Source: Octopus sinensis (lineage: Eukaryota). From it: DNA of 64,000 nt. The stretch spans positions 122,574,001-122,638,000 of the forward strand of contig NC_043001.1 of assembly GCF_006345805.1 (NCBI RefSeq), written 5' to 3'. A model generated the notes under the pieces. That model did no database searches and was not told the origin of the DNA. It was given only the letters and a program-made list of their open reading frames with translations. A program made the translations under genes and the position numbers. Of the stretch, positions 1 through 12,631 are shown piece after piece (position 1 is the first letter of the stretch; each line of letters begins with the position of its first letter).

Positions 1-24
1 ATTTGAAGGTGGTATTAAAAGGCG

Positions 25-252
25 GCGAGCTGGTAGAATCGTTAGCACGCCGGGCGAAATGCGTAGCCGTATTTCGCCTGCCGCTACGTTCTGAGTTCAA
101 ATTCCGCCGAGGTCGACTTTGCCGTTCATCCTTTCGGGTTCGATTAAATAAGTACCAGTTACACACTGGGGTCGATATAATCGACTTAATCCGTTTGTCT
201 GTCTTTGTTTGTCCTCTCTGTGTTTAGCCCCTTGTGGGTAATAAAGAAATAG
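25..252 (+). mobile_element. tRNA-derived SINE family A (Deu/Nin-like core). Other copies at ~2530-2695, 8305-8412, 11325-11540, 13268-13500, 15840-16072(-), 20755-20965, 30055-30285, 31365-31600(-), 33580-33968(-), 39446-39845, 43141-43372, 46344-46575, 50275-50503
   Basis: Box A-like tggcagaa(a/t)cg, box B-like gagttcaaattcc, central gcctttcatcctttcggggtcgataaattaagtacc (recalled as Deu/Nin-domain-like), tail gccccttgtgggcaataaagaaat. Confidence 0.88.
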
Positions 253-1035
253 GTATCTAAAATTAAATACATTTTCATACCCATATATAATCTAGATATC
301 ACTTATTAGAATAAAATTTGCACAAACAAGCACTCGTCTGGTTGACCGTCGTAAACTTCACAGCTCGTGAAATAATTACTTTCATACGTATATTACTTAA
401 TCATATGATACACACTATCACTCAAACAAGCTGTCACGAATTCCCAAAATTCGACACTCACACATATTACCATACAAACCTATTACACACAAAGACTTCC
501 TTATACAAACCAACGCAACCATAATGTCGGGCAACGCATTTAGCATTTGTCTCACAAATTTAGCATTTGTCTAACAAACAAACCTAACCCTTTACAAGTT
601 TACTTAAGATTTCCGTCATTGCGAACAAAACAGAAAATTCACAATCTAGGGGACATAACTCTGTAAACGAAGATGTGTGTTATGGCTCTTCGACTGCTTC
701 GTTTCTTCATATTTTCTCATGCTTTCTGACCATTTATCGTTCTAAATAAAGTTGTCTTTGTTCATGATTAGACAATTTTTTTTGTTTACCTCAAGTGTTT
801 ATGCAAATGAAATTGTACCTTATTAGAGTTTAAGTGTTAGTGTCGTATGAAGCTTACATGTAATTTTAATGGCTTTATTCGTTCTATAAGTTAAACGTTC
901 ATCATGTAATATACAACACACACACAATTTGTTTCCATATTCGCACACACACATACGCATACAAACCAATTTTTTTTAGCGTCAACCAAATACACCCTGT
1001 TCATTTTTATCTCATTTCATGTTTTTTTTTGTTTA

Positions 1036-1081
<46 letters not shown>

Positions 1082-1599
1082 AAGTATGGAAGTTTAGTTC
1101 ACAGGTGGTCTAAACAATTAGATACGCTGGGTAAGTGCTGTAACGGATTACTAGGGCTCCAACGATATAGACGAAACGGTAGTCATGGAGCCATTGCACA
1201 TTTCCGATATAGCGGATATATAATTGTTAAAGAGGACAACAAACGTTAAGGAAAGGCAAACATCCCCAAAACAACTCTAAGACTTTTTTTTGCAATAATA
1301 ATAATGTATTGAGATGTTTGCCTTGCCTCAACAATTATATGTATAACAATTTAACAATTATATATATGAATATATATATATATATATATATAGTGGAGAG
1401 TTATAGAAAAATAAAACGGGTGTATGAACTCGGGAAAATGAAAATGTCTTTTACATTTCGAGCCTACGCTCTTCAACAAAAAGTGATAATAGAAAATAAA
1501 AATGTAGATTTCAGCGGTCTACCTAATCCTATAAAACCTTTTCCCTTGTAACTCATCTTGCACAATATTTACACTGAATTATCCTTTCGAAACCGTTCT

Positions 1600-2528
1600 A
1601 CATCAGACGAGTAAGTGGCATATGGAGCGTCGAAAGGCCCTCCTGCTATTCCAGCGGTCGGGCAACGGTGGGGGTTCCTACACGTTTTTTATATAGTGGG
1701 TTGGTAGAGTCTGATTGTGACGATGGCCTGGGGGAAACTCTAGGTCTCGGGTATATTCAACTCGACAGCCTGTTCCACCGTACATTCGGGTTGAGAACGT
1801 TGGACAATTTCCAAAAGTCCTTGACCTGGCAAATGTTACAGGGACGCCTTGCCCGTTTGGGATAATCGCGCAAGACATAAAAAGTCTCAATCTCCAACCT
1901 ATCCAAGATGCGGGCGAGATAGGGAAACCGTCCCTAACGCTATTGTCCAGTGCCCGGAGATATCAGAAATGTGGGTTTATGCTGAACACCTGTTGTCCGG
2001 CGAAGGAAGAGTACAGCTGTCGACTGAGTCAATCATAAAAATTGACCCACCGGAATTTTTAACAAATGAAGGTAAGAATTGTTTTCTCATTGTTGTTGCA
2101 ATAGCGAAAGAGGCAGTATGGAAGACTAGGATAAAAGGGATTAAGACGAGTAACTTTATCTCTGGCCACGAGTCAAGATCGTTTTTCACTTGAAAAGGAA
2201 CGTGTGGCTGGAGAAGAGATGCCTGTCGGAGAGTGTGTTCAAAAATAGATGGAAACATGTTGCACGAATGCTGTGCGTGCAAGGAACCATGTGAATAAGA
2301 CGAAAAAAAAAATGGTACCAGCGATAGATCGAGGCTTGTGGGGTCGGAGCGTGGCCTGATCATCGCTTCATTTTTTATATTGTCTTTGTATTGTTAATTT
2401 CATTCGATTTTTTAAATATTGTATTTAAATGTTTAAAGTCACATTATATGTAAAATCATATCGAATTACTGATCCCATCAGTTGTTCTGTCCATTTCTAT
2501 GTTTGGCCTCCGGTGGGCAATAAAGAAA
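1600..2528 (+). mobile_element. 3' fragment of Tx1/L1-type LINE ORF2 (zf-RVT/C-terminal region) plus 3' UTR
   Basis: Frameshifted translation FQKSLTWQ..LPVWD..RH..PTYPRCG..ET..AIVQCP..MW..AKEAVWKTR..FKNRW; ends in gtgggcaataaagaa. Confidence 0.8.
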
Positions 2529-2899
2529 TTGGTATTTCGTCTGCCGCTATGTTCTGAGTTCAAATTCCGCCGAGGTCGACTTTGCCTTTCATCCTTTCGG
2601 GGTCGATAAATTAAATACTAGTTGTGTACTGGGGTCGATCTAATCGACTGGTCCCCTCTCCCAAAATTTCGGGCCTTGTGCCTAAAGTAGAAAAAGGGGA
2701 AAAAAAATTATAAAAATTTTTTTTTGTAGATGTGTACTCGCACGTCAGCTCCGATCGAACTGTTCTGTACCATTCAAACAGTTACCTGGATGACCAGGCG
2801 CACCCAACAGGTCCATCTTTCTAGTTACACTAGATCGCTTACTAGCTAGGGATTACACTCGATCGCTTTCTAGCTAAGGACTACACTCCTTCTTTGACA

Positions 2900-4330
2900 T
2901 GCAGCATGAATTACATGAGGCCCAGTGTGACGGTCTGGTCGTATTAAGCCCTCTCCGCTGATTAATCTATATCTGTATGCTCAGAAGTTATAATGCTGAC
3001 TACAGCAAAGGCAAACAAGGCTAACTTGTTACAGAATTCATCTGTACTTGGTGGTAGTGTGTAACCCGGCGCTGTATTTGGTTCTAGTGGGGTGGCAGAT
3101 GTTTGCAATTATTTTTGTGTGCTTTTATGTTTATTCAGGCAGAGCTGGAGAGATATTGTTTTTAGGATGTGATTAGACTTGTAATCTAATGCACTGTGTA
3201 TATGTCTGGGTATTTCAGAGTGATTTTTTTATATAGTAACACGGACTCTAACAGCAGCTGAAGGCATATGCGACAACAAACTATGCTTTCGCCTGTCTTG
3301 GTGTTCTTCCATTACTTCACATTGACATTTACTTAACTCCAGAAGTGTTATAATTTTACCCAACTTCTAATATCTGGGTTATTGACTATTTTAGTATAAA
3401 TAATTTCAAATATCGGTAACAGCAGTAATTCCTTCAAGCGCTAGATGTAGCTTGTTTGTAATTTTGTTTGATCAGGGGTCATTTGAGTTTAGATTTAAAT
3501 TTGCCTTTTGATTGTCTGAAATAAAGAAGTCAAAGTTGTGGTCTGGTGAGAAGTCCATCACAGGGTCCACGCCTTTTTGCAGTTTGGTGACTTGTGTGCC
3601 GCAATGGCCTTGAGTGTTATGTCAGCGAAGCGCAAGCTACTAGCAGGCCTCTCATGCTAAACAGGTCAAAGGATTGGGGCCGAACTATTATGGACCACTT
3701 ATTGCCAGAGGTAAAAATGGGTTTGCGTAGGGCCAAGAGCCCTACCGAGGGAAAAATAAGTTACAGAGACATCAAAGACTTTTCAAAACAAACAAGACCT
3801 GGCAGAGGAAGGCCTTCCATTTATTTGACGCGATTCAGTAAAATAAGAAAAATCAGAGCTGAAAAATCAGGGACCCAGCTAAAGAGATGCAGAAAAGACA
3901 GTCCAAAAAATACCGGAGAAAAGTCATTAATGGCTTATGTTCCACAGAAGCAAAAGGCTTGAGGAGATAGGAAGTGCATTTTCTTTGCGTTTCCTTTGAA
4001 GCGTGGGTGGCGGAAGCTTTTCTGGCTGATTTTCAAGAAAGGTTTGGTAGCGAAGATTGTTTAATGTCAAATTGCGGATGTATTATTTAATGGTGTCGTT
4101 GGACTGTAAATATCAGGAGTGACAGTTCTTATTGTCCTTCTAAGTAGGAAAATGGTCGTCTATCACATTGAATTGTCTTAAAGCTATGGTGTGGAAACTT
4201 TAATATTGCTGAGGATGGTTGATAGTTGGTGTCAATGAGTACATATCTTTTGCGGGTCGTGGCCGCGTGTTCGCTCCTCATTATAGTATTATTTCGAGTC
4301 ATGTTGAAGGTAGCTTCTTCGGAGAACATG
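2900..4330 (-). pseudogene. Highly degenerate non-LTR reverse transcriptase remnant
   Basis: The minus strand gives interrupted RT-like motifs in the right order: ISL..ILLNRVK, CFEKS(F)DV (DFEKAFD), SAPIL (LGPIL), FSPDTTL (FADDTTL). Many stops and frameshifts. Confidence 0.45.
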
Positions 4331-4956
4331 TTACTCGCTAGGATATGCTTTTACTCTTTTACTTGTTTCGGTCATTTGACTGCGGCCATGCTGGAGCACC
4401 GCCTTTAGTCAAGCAAATCGACCCCAGGACTTATTCTTTGTAAGCCTAGTACTTATTCTATCGGTCACTTTTGCCAAACATCTAAGTTACAGGGACGTAT
4501 ACACACCAGCATCGGTTGTCAAGCGATGTTGGGGGGGACAAACACAGACATACAAACATACACACACATTCATACATATATACGACGGGCTTCTTTCAGT
4601 TTCCGTCTACCAAATCCACTCACAAGGCTTTGGTCGGCCCGAGGTTATAGTAGAAGACACTTGCCCAAGGTGCCACGCAGTGGGACTGAACCCGGAACCA
4701 TGTGGTTGTTAAGCAAGCTACTTACCACACAGCCACTCCATCGACAACAATGGGTGGATAGTTAGCTTGTGTGGGAATGTAGAAAAGACACTATTTTATT
4801 TCTTTTTGAAGGGTTCTATAATTTCGGGTTTAGTTTAAGTGTGACCTTACCATTTACCGTGGTTCGGCTCGCTTCGTTTCTCACCTTCCTACTGAATGTT
4901 GCTATTCCTTTTTCTTAGGTAGCCAGCTTTACACCTACTGGCGTTATAAAAATTAG

Positions 4957-5382
4957 GGATCTTTTCGATTTGAACGGCAGTTTTTTCTAGCGGTGTCATA
5001 TGAAATTGTCACCCATAATTATGACCCTAGTATCGATCTATTGCATTTCAATCTGTTTTAGGGTTAGAGTTAGGGGTGGGAGGAAGGGTATCCTTTTTTC
5101 TTCACAAATGTAAATAAACCCAATCTGTTTCTTAAACGAGGGACATATTCATACGGCACAGAATGTTTTTTTTTACCTCAATAGACATATTTGATTGGTT
5201 GAAATTGCAGAAATTGAAAAAACCAAAAAAAAACCCAAATATCTTACAAACTATAGAATTTTCTCAATAAAGCCAAGAGAAAAAGATGTTTTATAAACAC
5301 ATTCTACCAGTATACGAAGTTTAAAAGTGTTTAGTTACGTGGAAATTATTTTTAAAAACTGCCGTTCAAACCGAAAAGATCC
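4957..5382. mobile_element. MITE with ~29-bp TIRs and an internal TTAGGG-like tract
   Basis: ggatcttttcgatttgaacggcagttttt / aaaaactgccgttcaaaccgaaaagatcc; flanked by aaaaatta direct repeat. Confidence 0.85.
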
Positions 5383-7174
5383 AAAAATTATAAGCTTCTA
5401 CAGGTCTGTACGAATTGGCTCTTTATTAACCACAAAAGGCTGATATATAGAGGGGACAGACAAGGGGTCGGGGGGATCGGATGCAATAACAAAATGATAA
5501 ACATTAATTGAAATTTATGACAATATACATGAATAACGGATGATATAACAATGACGGAGTGAAGGACAGGTGTGACCCCACAGACCACGTTCCATCACTG
5601 ATCCCTTTATGAGACTTTTATGGTCTCACTCAAGCGGGCACATTTGCTCTCAACTTGCTTGCCACTTTCTTCCATCTTTTCTCATATATATACTGAGTGG
5701 CATAGGTCTATAAGAATGCCACAAAAAAACTCATATAATGATCACGTAGGCCCAGAAAAGAATGCTGCAAATAACTGTTTGATAAAATTATAGATGGGAA
5801 AAGTTTCCGTTCTCCTTACCATTATACATGCCATTATTTGCTCTACGGAAACTACGCAGCTCTCAATAGGATAATCGGATTTACCAAGCGAGAATAGTTA
5901 CCAGAGTCTAGCAACTTATTGTTATCTTGGGTGTCACTAAAGGGTCGTTGTGGTTAGTCGGCATCGGAAATCGATTTAAGACGAAACACTGTAACCGCCA
6001 AGCAACCCATAATGTCATTGAGAAGGCCATGCTGTCGTTTTAATCCAACAAGTATCTTTTTTACGGAGATGTACTTGCATAGCGAGTGACTTGATCTGAG
6101 ATCGTGTGCTGGAACGAAAACAAGTATCTTTGCTATATCAAAAAAAAAAAAAAAAATGTTGGGAGCTTTCCTGGCCTGAATAATGATCTGCATGTTGCTA
6201 CAGGTCATGTTTGGATATGACCCTTTTTCTTTATTATAGGCACAATGGCCTGATTCTATAGAGGGGACATAAGACAAACGGGAACATAAAGCAAATGATG
6301 TATGGTTGATGGAATGTTTGGATATGACCTGGCGAATTATGCGACTTTATCAAGTCTCGGTTTACGGAAGGAACTTAGTAAATGACGTCGAGTTAAATTG
6401 GTTCTTCCTTTTGTCTCTCCTAATTTTGTTAAGATGTCATTGAATCACGTGACGACTGACGCAGATTTAAATTTGGAGATTACTTCGTCAACGTTTATTC
6501 AGTCTGAGATTGTTCGATATTCAAATAACATTTCGCAAGTTTTGAGAGCTTATATTTTGGGTGAGTTCTCGGAATTGTTTTTATTGTCCGTCTGTAGAAT
6601 GAGACTGTTTTATTTTATTTTCTTTGTATGGAAAACATACCAGTTTGTCTTTAATGTCATGTTTTAAGACCATTTGTATTTTGCATTACTTTCGTTGTAT
6701 ATTTGGATCTTAGTTTGTTTTAATTATTTTTGTTGTAGGAATTTGCAGTGATATTATTTTAAAAAAAATTTAAGTGTCATTACTTATCTTGCGATACTTT
6801 TGACATTATTGAAGAATCTCGAACGAATACACATACACTTGGTCGAGAACAAAATCTACTGAGGGGGTGCAAACCTAGGTTTTTTTTCTTTTTTTCTTTT
6901 TGCAAACTAGATTTCTTTTTTTCTTTTGAGAAGAAACCAACTCCAAGCTACTTTATACAAATCACTTTTTACGCCTTGTTTTCTAAACCTAAAATAGATA
7001 CGAGTGAAAATTGGAATGTAAGAACACACTCGGCTCTCCCCACAATCTCTAAACCATTTTGAAATAGAATTAATACTTTACTGCTTCATTTTCTTGAAAT
7101 GTGAAATTCTTTCGTTAATCTTTTTTTTATTTTTAAAGCTTAAATTGCAAATGCAAACGAAATATATTTATATA

Positions 7175-7558
7175 GGAGTGGCTGTGTAGTAAGTAGCTTG
7201 CTTACCAACCACATGGTTTCAGGTTCAGTCCCACTGCGTGGCACCTTGGGCAAGTGTCTTCTATAGCCTCGGGCCGACCAAAGCCTTGAGAGTGGATTTG
7301 GTAGACGGAAACCGAAAGAAGCCCGTCGTATATATAATATAATATAATATGTGTGTGTATGTTTATGTCTGTGTTTGTTCCTTCAACATTGCTTGACAAA
7401 CGAGGCTGGTGTGTTTACGTCCCCGTAACTTGGCGGTTCGGCAAAAGGGACCGATAGACTAAGTACCAGGCTTACAAAGGATGTCCTGAGGTCGATTTGC
7501 TCGACTAAAGGCGGTGCTCCAGTCAAATGACTGAAACGAGTAAAAGAGTAAAAAGAGA
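7175..7558 (+). mobile_element. tRNA-derived SINE family B (CORE-like, internal TA/TG microsatellite). Other copies at ~4340-4740(-), 17935-18180, 21215-21590(-), 23905-24355, 27045-27490(-), 28520-28770(-), 44305-44705(-), 48090-48520, 54525-54690, 55480-55855(-), 60190-60545
   Basis: Head ggagtggctgtgtggtaagtagcttgcttaccaaccacatggttccgggttcagtccc, CORE-like gcaccttgggcaagtgtctt, (AGAGTAAA)n tail. Confidence 0.88.
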
Positions 7559-7669
7559 GATATACATTTATATCCCAATTTAAGTCGAAAATCTGTTTTT
7601 AAAAATTTTATACAAATTCTAAGATCTAAAAAATCGTTTTTGTAAAACTGAAAAATGATGCTGCTTGAC

Positions 7670-7748
7670 AGAAGAAACCAGCGGCACACTTTCGTCTCTG
7701 ACTCTGCAAAACCGAACAAAACGATTGGAATATAACGAAGATGCAGAG
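7670..7748 (+). promoter_or_regulatory. Candidate non-coding first exon in a CpG-retaining region upstream of the desulfurase gene
   Basis: GAG|gtaaat donor at 7748/7749 in non-repetitive CpG-retaining sequence. The 12589 exon has an acceptor, so an upstream exon must exist. Position is inference. Confidence 0.3.
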
Positions 7749-9587
7749 GTAAATCATCTCTCGCAATAACGTTTCTGAATATCTTATTTTAACAGGTTGA
7801 AACGTGACCATTAAAAGATTGGATTTCTTCTACGCAGTCCACCGGAATTCCCGTCTTTGTATGCGTAGTGGTGACACACCCCTAATGAATTTTTAACGAG
7901 AGTTTGACTAGTCGGCTATAGTAAATTTGGTTTAGTTGGTTTGCCAATTCAGGTTAGAGCTGCGTGCTGAGTGGAAGCCAATGGTATCAGAGCTGCTCTG
8001 AAGAGTAATTTTTTAGAGTCACCTACAAAAGGTACCGGCCTTCCTTGGCACCTCCACGTTGAAAACATTGGTTTTCACCCGATTACCAAAGTTAAGCAAC
8101 GTCGAACTTAGTACTTAGATGGGCGATCGCTTTAAAAACTTAGGTGCCACAGCGCCGACTAATTAACTTCACTTCTCGACCATGTGGTCCCGGGTTCGGT
8201 CCGACTCTAGGACGTCTTGAACAAATGTCGATTTCCTTATAGCGTCGGGTCACCCTATATATTGTAAAATAGGGTGGGCGGAAACGGTAAAAACCGGGTG
8301 GTTTTAATTAAGTACCAGTTACGCACTGGGGTCGATGTAATCGACTTAATCCGTTTGTCTGTCCTTGTTTGTCCTCTCTGTGTTTAGCCCCTTGTGGGCA
8401 GTAAAGAAATAAGTATCCCTGTAGTTGTGCCTATATGGTACCTCTGTATTTAAGTAGTGCCCAAGTCTCCTACAATAGTTTCGGATTGACTAATGATTTG
8501 TAAGTGAACTTAGCGAACGAAAACTGTGGAACCCCGTTGTATGTACCCGTTTATCTTTATATGCATGTGTATGCAGTTGCCTTCCCCTACACCGCTTGAC
8601 AATCGTTGCTGGTTTGTTTATGTTCGGGCTTGGCACGATAGAATAAATACCATACTAAAAAAAAAAAGTACTTGAGTCAATTTGTCCGACTAAAACCCCT
8701 CGGGGCAGTGTCCCAGCATGGTAGCAGTTTAACGACTGAAACTGTGTGTGTGTGTGTGTGTGTGTGTTCTAACTCGCTCGCACACATGCATATGCGTGTG
8801 TAAATGCTATCATCTCATCCACCACTTTCATACATACTTATGCTTTTGTTTGTTTTCTAACACCGGCGTTGACATTTGTTCGTCATGTGTTTTCTACTAT
8901 AGGTTTCCCCCTGCCTTATGCATACATACATCCTTGCGAAATAGCTGCTGCTTCAGTAGAAACTCAACATCTATATAGTCTTTCTCTCCCATCTTTCTTG
9001 TCCATTAGCATTTTATCTTTTGACAGGACCACAAGTCGATTAGAATAGTTCCTTTCCACTTCGGAGTTCTACTAAAAGCGCCTTTACATTTAACAACGTA
9101 AGTTGATAGAATTTTCTTTCACTGGATCTGTCGTAAACATTCTTTTCTTGGTGCTTTGCGATTATTTTCTTTTTGATTTACTCTGCTTTTTTAATATTCA
9201 CTTAAAATTTTAGATTTCCTCGCTAAATTAAAAATTGATTAGTTGCTACATAGTCTTAGGTCAGCTTCCGACTTAGATATATATTAAAAAAAAAAAATCA
9301 ATGATATTCTCACCTGAAGATATCCACCTCTGTGTGTGCAAGCATTTACGGAGATCCTTTACGTAAAATGGGTGTGTATGTATGAGCATGCAGACATTGT
9401 GGGTGTATAATTCAAATAAGCTTTAGATACACAGAAAATTTAAAGTGTATATAATTTTCCATAAGATTTCAATAGTCGTTAGTTTTATGTGAAAAAACAT
9501 TTTTATTCATTTGGAATGTGTAAATCTAATTGTTTTTTTCTTGCATACTCTTTGTTTACAACCTAGACACATGCCACTTACACACAC

Positions 9588-10110
9588 ACACAGGCATACA
9601 CACACATGCATACAAACATACACACACATGCATACACACACACACACATGCATACACACACACACATGCATACACACACACACATGCATACACACACACA
9701 CACGCATACACACACACACACACGCATGCATACACACACACACACATGCATACACACACACACACACACACACGCATGCATACACACACACACGCATGCA
9801 TACACACACACACACGCATGCATACACACACGCACGCATGCATACACACACGCACGCATGCATACACACACGCATGCATACACACACACACATGCATGCA
9901 TACACACACACACGCATGCATACACACACACACGCATGCATACACACACACACGCATGCATACACACACACACGCATACATACACACACACATGCATACA
10001 TACACACACACATGCATACACACACACACATGCATACACACACACACACACATGCATACATACACACACACATGCATACATACACACACACATGCATACA
10101 CACACACACA
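9588..10110. repeat. Compound (CA)n/CATGCATA microsatellite
   Basis: Direct reading. Confidence 0.97.
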
Positions 10111-10537
10111 GAGTTCAACTTGTTATGCCAAAAGTTAGAATAAATAAGATGTTTTAATGTTTATGCAATTCTTCCATTTCGCTGCCATGGCAACAACTAG
10201 CGCTCGACGAAATAAGAAAAAAAACCCCCAAAATCTTGTCCTGTGCCATGGATAGCATTCTCTCGGGTGGTGCAGAGAACGTCGTCCTGGAATATATAGC
10301 ATATGTATATATATGTGTGTGCCACCCGGGCAGCCCTTCCGTTTGCCACCCTTTACCCCACAAAAAACATTGCCTACAGCAGACCCAAAAGTGCACCCGG
10401 GGCGGACCGCCCTTACCGCCTTACCTCCACCCTAGCTACGCTTGTGTGTGTCAATGCCTCACAATGGCTGAAACAGAAGTAAAGGTTTATATACACTAAC
10501 ACGTATATGCGAGTACACATATGTATGAAAGAGGGTG

Positions 10538-10690
10538 CATTAACCTAGTGGTTAGGGGGCTGCATTCACGATCGCGAGATCGTGGTTTCGATTCCTGGAC
10601 CGGGTGGTGCGTTGTGATCTTGAGCAAAACACACATCTCACCTTGCTCTGCGTTCACCTCGACACCTGAAATGTGGTACACCGCGCACCT
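10538..10690 (+). mobile_element. tRNA-derived SINE family C. Other copies at ~22750-23060, 32520-32790(-), 37250-37420(-), 57830-58100(-), 62690-62925(-)
   Basis: cctagtggttaggg..ggtttcgattcctggaccggg..gtgttcttgagcaa(g/a)acac head/CORE-like block. Confidence 0.7.
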
Positions 10691-11934
10691 ATTTAGTTAA
10701 CGTTGAGTGAGCCAAGGTCCTGTGCATACGTTTGAACACTACGTTCAGCAAAAAAAGAACACACACACACGGACTATAATTGGTATTCAGTGTTAGCAGT
10801 ATTGGACGAAATTCTCTCACAAGGTTTAGGTCAGTCTGGAGTTACTTTCCTAAAGTGTTACACGGTGGTACTGAACCTAAGACCATGTGATTGGGAAACA
10901 ACCATCTTAACCACACATCCACAATGTAGAAGTGTGAATATATTTTGTATGTGTATATGCGTGTGAAAATGTATAAATATATTTTCATTTATATTATTTA
11001 TTATCAGCAGAAGTAATATTAGTTCAAAATAGCATTCTGTATATCTTCCTTAAAATGGGAATACTATAGAAAGTCAGAAAATTGATATTCATCTTGAGAA
11101 AGCATCTTGTATGAAGGCATAGTACTAAAAAGCACAGAGCTATATTAGCTGCAGATGAAGTGTCCAAAAGTGGTGGGGGAATTGCTAAATCTAGATTTCT
11201 GCTTCTTTGAGCATCATCAGTGACAAGTATCCACTAGACAAATTTAGCCTCAACTGATATAGAAAAACAATGATTGACAAACCATGCCTGAGAGGTTTTT
11301 TCAATATGAATGCCCCAGTTAAGGCAGCAAGCTGGCGGAATCATTAACATGCCAGGCAAATATGCTTAGTGACATTTTGTCAGTCTTTACGTTCTGAGTT
11401 CAAATTCCACTGAGGTCGAATTTGCCTTTCATCCTTTCGGAGTTGATTAAATAAGTACTGGTCAAACACTGAAGTTGATGTGATTGACTAGCCCCCAATC
11501 CCTGAAATTGCTGATCTTTTGTCAAAATTCGAAACCAATATGAATACCACAGTTTTCCAGCTTTCTACTGTATATCACATTAAGATATAGAGAGCACTAT
11601 TTTGACTTAAAATTACTTCTGCCACTATTTACCCAGCTTGCCAGCTATTTGCAACACCAGTCATTTGTTAATCATTGCTTTTCTATATAAGTAGAGGCTG
11701 AATTGTGATCTAAGCATGCAACTTCTAATGTATACTTGATATTGCTCAGACACAGAAATTTAGATTTACCAATTCCACCACTGCTGATATAATTGCTTTT
11801 TAATATGTCTTTGAGATGCTTTCTGCAGTATATCCATGTTAAGATTTGTAGAATGTTTTATATATGTTTGCATAGAAATGGTGGTAAGCGAAAGAAGAAC
11901 ATATCTCAGAGTTAAATTATCAATTCTTATATTT

Positions 11935-12515
11935 GTTTCTACTCTAGGCACAAGGCCCAAAATTTTGGGGGAGGGGGCCAGTCGATTAGATCGACCTCAG
12001 TATGCAACTGGTACTTAATTTATCAATCATGAAAGGATGAAAGGCTAAGTCGACCTTGGTAGAATTTGAAATCAGAACGTAACGGCAGACGAAATACCTA
12101 TTTCTTTACTACCCACAAGGGGCTAAACACAAAGTGGACAAATAAAGACAGACAAACAGATTAAGTCGATTATATCGACCCCAGTGCATAACTGGTACTT
12201 ATTTAATCGAACCCGAAAGGATGAAAGCAAAGTCGACCTCGGCTGAATTTGAACTCAGAACGTAGCGGCAGACGAAATACCAATTTCCTTACTACCCACA
12301 AGGGGCTAAACACAGAGGGGACAAACAAGGACAGACAAACAGATTAAGTCGATTATATCGACCCCAGTGCATAACTGGTACTTATTTAATCGACCCCGAA
12401 AGGATGAAAGGTAAAGTCGACCTCGGCGGAATTTGAACTCAGACCATAGCGGCAGACGAAATAACACAAAGCATTTCGCCCAGTGAGCTAACGTTTCTGC
12501 CAGCTCACCACCTTA
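11935..12515 (-). repeat. Head-to-tail multimer (~3 units) of SINE family A
   Basis: The block gacgaaatacctatttctttactacccacaaggggctaaacac...gaactcagaacgta recurs about every 170-180 nt. Confidence 0.9.
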
Positions 12516-12588
12516 TCAATTCTTGTATTGTAATAATTTATTTTTCATTTCCTTCCATTAAAATTCCTTTGGTTTCATTCTCTTTCAG

Positions 12589-12631
12589 TAACCAATTCAG
12601 AAACAGTGACTTAAAAATGGCTGATTCAAAG
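12589..12631 (+). CDS. Probable first coding exon (5' UTR 12589-12616, ATG at 12617, MADSK)
   Basis: Polypyrimidine tract ...tctctttcag acceptor, aaaaATGG start context, AAG|gtaaca donor. Phase 0 matches the next exon. No homology support for so short a peptide. Confidence 0.55.

Noticed and set aside
25-120. tRNA genes at SINE heads
   Set aside because: Only A/B-box-like remnants, no complete cloverleaf, always followed by SINE body.
1452-1482. Hammerhead-like gttgaagagcgtaggctcgaaa (minus strand)
   Set aside because: A gagc/gctc stem and GAAA are present, but the CUGANGA box cannot be placed correctly relative to the stem.
3594-3962. 122-aa plus-strand ORF
   Set aside because: No recognisable motifs; it lies antisense to a decayed RT remnant.
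5055-5080. Interstitial telomere or chromosome fusion site
   Set aside because: Only 2-4 degenerate units, and they sit inside a MITE present twice.
9507-10157. Six long His/Thr- or Cys/Val-rich ORFs
   Set aside because: Translations of the (CA)n/CATG microsatellite, which lacks stops; no splice or codon evidence.
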